Shown here: in pieces, positions 61,049 through 64,000 of the stretch
Numbering within the stretch: position 1 is the first letter of the stretch
Layout: every line of letters starts with the position of its first letter
DNA from: Takakia lepidozioides
Taxonomy: Eukaryota > Plantae > Bryophyta
Assembly: GCA_030704615.1 (NCBI GenBank)
Contig: CM060734.1
Location: 51,274,001 to 51,338,000 of the forward strand
Reading direction: 5' to 3'
DNA: 64,000 nt
The notes under the pieces: generated by a model
Told to the model about the DNA's origin: nothing
The model's input: the letters and a program-made list of their open reading frames with translations, nothing else
The model's database searches: none
Made by a program: the position numbers and the translations under genes

Positions 61049-63610
61049 CTAAAGCTTTGGCTTCGCCTTGGTGAGCTGAACAAGTTCCCGACGTAGTATT
61101 TTACCCGCTGCTGATTTGGGAATGGCCTCTAAGAATGCAACCTTGCGTACCTTCTTGTAGGAAGCCACCTGCCACGAAACCATACCACCATTCATAACAG
61201 ACATGGTGCAAACCCTTATCTTCTCTCCTCCCTCACAAGGAGAAATCTCTCTGTGATTCTACCCTCATACTATGATGCACTTTGCCAAGGTTTCAGAGTT
61301 TTCTTGAGACCATAAAAACCATGAAAATTACAACGAGAACATTCACATTAGCGAGCTTGTTAATTGAAGATGTGTCCACACTTTACCTGTTCAGCAACAA
61401 ATTTCATAACCTCATCGGCAGAAAGTGTGCTTCCTGGTGCCCTTACAATGAAAGCCATCGGGATTTGACCAGCTTCCTCATGCGGGTACCTGAAGGTGTC
61501 CACCCATGCAATTTGATGGTCTAAATAGTCAGGCACATCTGGCAGAATGCTTTTCTTCTAGCAGACAGAACATTTCACAACAACTTTACTCTGCCCTCTC
61601 AGGAGATGTGCTTCCATTGGAAACTGTTGCACAGAGGGTCTACTCATGAGACTGCTTAGAGTATGCTTCTGGCCATGCATCCTGTGATCACTGTTCTTGG
61701 AGCAGATATGAGAAGGGAAAGTAGACAGGCCGACATGAGGAAAGTAGGATGGGGGCATACTTCCGTGTTAGTAAGGGAATCTTCATCCAGAGGGTTCCCT
61801 GCTTTTCTCTAGCCTCTTCAACTAGACAAAATGTGTGCCATGACTGTCTATAGAAAAAAAGCAGCCCTTCAGAGAGTAATATGAAGACACAGATAGAGGA
61901 AGAAAGTTATCAGCTAGGCAGTCTCGCCTTATGCACATGGAAGTGCAGAATAATGTGATTATGAGATGATGCCACTTACGGAATCACTGCAGAATCTAAG
62001 ATTTCCGGATGGGAGAGAAGCAAGGCTTCCAACTCTGCTGGAGCCACCTGCACCCATGCTCCCCATACAACTCAAGCTACAAGGGATGGAGAGAGAGTTA
62101 CGACGGGTAAGTTTTTGAGCAGTAGGATGGTGTGGTTTGAATCTTGACAAGTCGCCTAGCCTGATAGTCCCTGGCCTTGGCAAAATTACAAATTAATCTC
62201 AGGCCCAGGACATAGGTTGGGAATGCGAACTGTGGCTTTACCAACTGGAGCCCAGGATTCCTTGGCAAAATTTCATATGCTGGTGCATCCTCCAATTTCT
62301 CATGGCATGAGGGAGAACAAGAGGGTAGGGAACTCAATCTGGGTATATTGCATCCAAAGGGTATGGAACATGCCCAGAGGTATCCATTTGCAGGATTAAT
62401 GCAGAATTCATTGAAAACCTAGCACTGACATCATACATGAGAGCGTAAAGCTCATTACCAGCACTAGGGGAGAGAAGATGTATTACTAAGACTTTGTTTG
62501 CCATAACCCTCAGGCCATAGAGTCTGCACCCATTTTGGATGGTAGAAGAATAATTTACTACATCCACTGGAGCCCAGGCGAAGAAAGAGGAAAAGATGAA
62601 GAGAGACTAAAGAGGAGAGAAGGGGAAGATATAAATTATGTAGTCTCTCTTGAGCAGATATCCTAGTCGGTACTGGTTCAATTTGCTGGTTCTTGAATGA
62701 TGGACAGAAAAGCAAAAGCTTTCAACCCCACATCAGCAACCACTCTGTTTGAAAGGAGCACTGATGAAAAAATTGACCTGAAACGCTTTGTACTTGATGA
62801 GCTCCTTCAGGCGATCCACAACAAAGAGATAGCCATCCTCATCAAAATAGACCAAGTCACCGGTATGAAGCCACCCATCCTTATCAAGCGTCTCCACTGT
62901 TTCCTTTGGATTGTTGAGATACTCTGCACCATGCATAAAGGCCTTAGCGGAATGATTCAGGAGAAAATCGTACTGAGTTACAAAAGTGTCCCGAGTTACA
63001 AGATTTGACAAACCAAAGCAACTTGCCAAAATGTAGTTCTATCAATCCTGTCACCATTCCTCCAGTAACTATTATATGCACACTGAAACATTCATACATA
63101 CAATTTTGGGCCTAAAGTATCAAATCAGAAAATCTGTAGCCAATGCAAAACCTTGCCTGCAGCTACCATCACCCGTAGATTGTAGCTCCCTGTGGCAATG
63201 ACCCTGGGACATTTTCTGCTGGTTCTGTGCATTGCTGACCAACTTAATGGATAGTGACAAAACCAATGTGAACAAGCTGGTATTTCCTTTTCAGTGTAAC
63301 CAGCACATCAACCACTCAAGCAAAATGAAGTGGTGGTAACCCCAATCCTTCCAAATATTCAATCTATCACAGAGGCCAACTCACTCAAAAATGCAAGACT
63401 ATGAAGTGCAACACCTTTCATGACCATGGGTCCTCGTATCCAGAGCTCTCCCTGTTTGTTAGGAGGCAACCACTTCCCTGTAGAGGGGTCAACCACCATT
63501 GCCTCCGCATTTGGTATGAGTATGCCAGCCGACCCAAAACGATGGTTGCCGTCTTCCACGGGGGTTGGTGTAACGCTACCCACACCAGTTAACTCTGTCA
63601 TGCCATATCC
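61049..63610 (-). CDS. 4-coumarate:CoA ligase-like acyl-activating enzyme, 3' part only. Exons 63610-63415, 62923-62778, 62047-61980, 61489-61387, 61168-61049; 5' exons lie beyond the window
   Basis: GYGMTE; [12 protein letters not shown]; GWLHTGD; [24 protein letters not shown]; [12 protein letters not shown]; [14 protein letters not shown]; C-terminus KAKPKL*. GELWIRG rather than GEICIRG points to 4CL-like, not canonical 4CL. Confidence 0.93.
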
Positions 63611-64000
63611 CTGACACACATCACCAGATTTCCCCATCCTACCCAGCTCAGTTGAACAGCAAAATATGGCCATGCATATTCAGTCCCCTGCCCTGAGCCG
63701 TCAAGTGTAATATGATGCCAAATGCATTTGCGCTTGCAATCAGTCAAACGCTTGTCAACAGATTCAAGCTCCAGGCTCATCCAGCTGACTATTCCAAAGT
63801 TATAACTACTGACACAGACACTGATAGACAGCATCCTGCAGAATGGTAACAGCACAGGGGGTAAGAGAATATACACATAAGGCGTTTGCCGTAGCCTTGT
63901 GGCCATAGGCCCCATGCACATTGGGCCGAACGGGGGGGGGGGTAAGAGGATGTACACATGAACTTTGTTTCCTGTAGCCTTGTGGCCATAGACCCCATGC

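Noticed and set aside
39313-63610. P450 plus 4CL-like ligase plus methyltransferase-like gene as a biosynthetic gene cluster
   Set aside because: They are separated by transposons and unrelated genes, DUF2431 is an RNA-methyltransferase-like domain, and there is no scaffold-forming enzyme or co-expression evidence.

Overview
Eukaryotic, intron-containing land-plant DNA. The gene and transposon content fits a bryophyte or other non-seed plant, but the species cannot be fixed from sequence alone. The left ~48 kb is a transposon-rich island containing: the 3' end of a Ty3/Gypsy element whose integrase carries a C-terminal PHD finger; LINE and Ty1/Copia relics; a ~11 kb putative DNA transposon with a zinc-finger/Ulp1-protease gene and a 2.3 kb GGGTTACA satellite; and a truncated Gypsy element with Tf1-type self-priming signals. 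Embedded in the island are a six-exon non-RD receptor-like kinase with a WAK-type ectodomain, a tandem pair of fungal/viral KP4 killer-toxin-like genes (each with one in-frame stop), and an intact CYP71-clan P450 with an atypical I-helix. The right ~14 kb is gene-dense: dynein light chain LC8, a spliced small secreted Pro-rich peptide precursor missed by the ORF track, a DUF2431/BMT5-like gene, and the 3' part of a probably peroxisomal 4CL-like acyl-CoA ligase. A 500-N assembly gap lies at 15282-15781. Exon models were built by eye from GT-AG sites and reading-frame phase. No database searches were run, so family assignments rest on recalled motifs.
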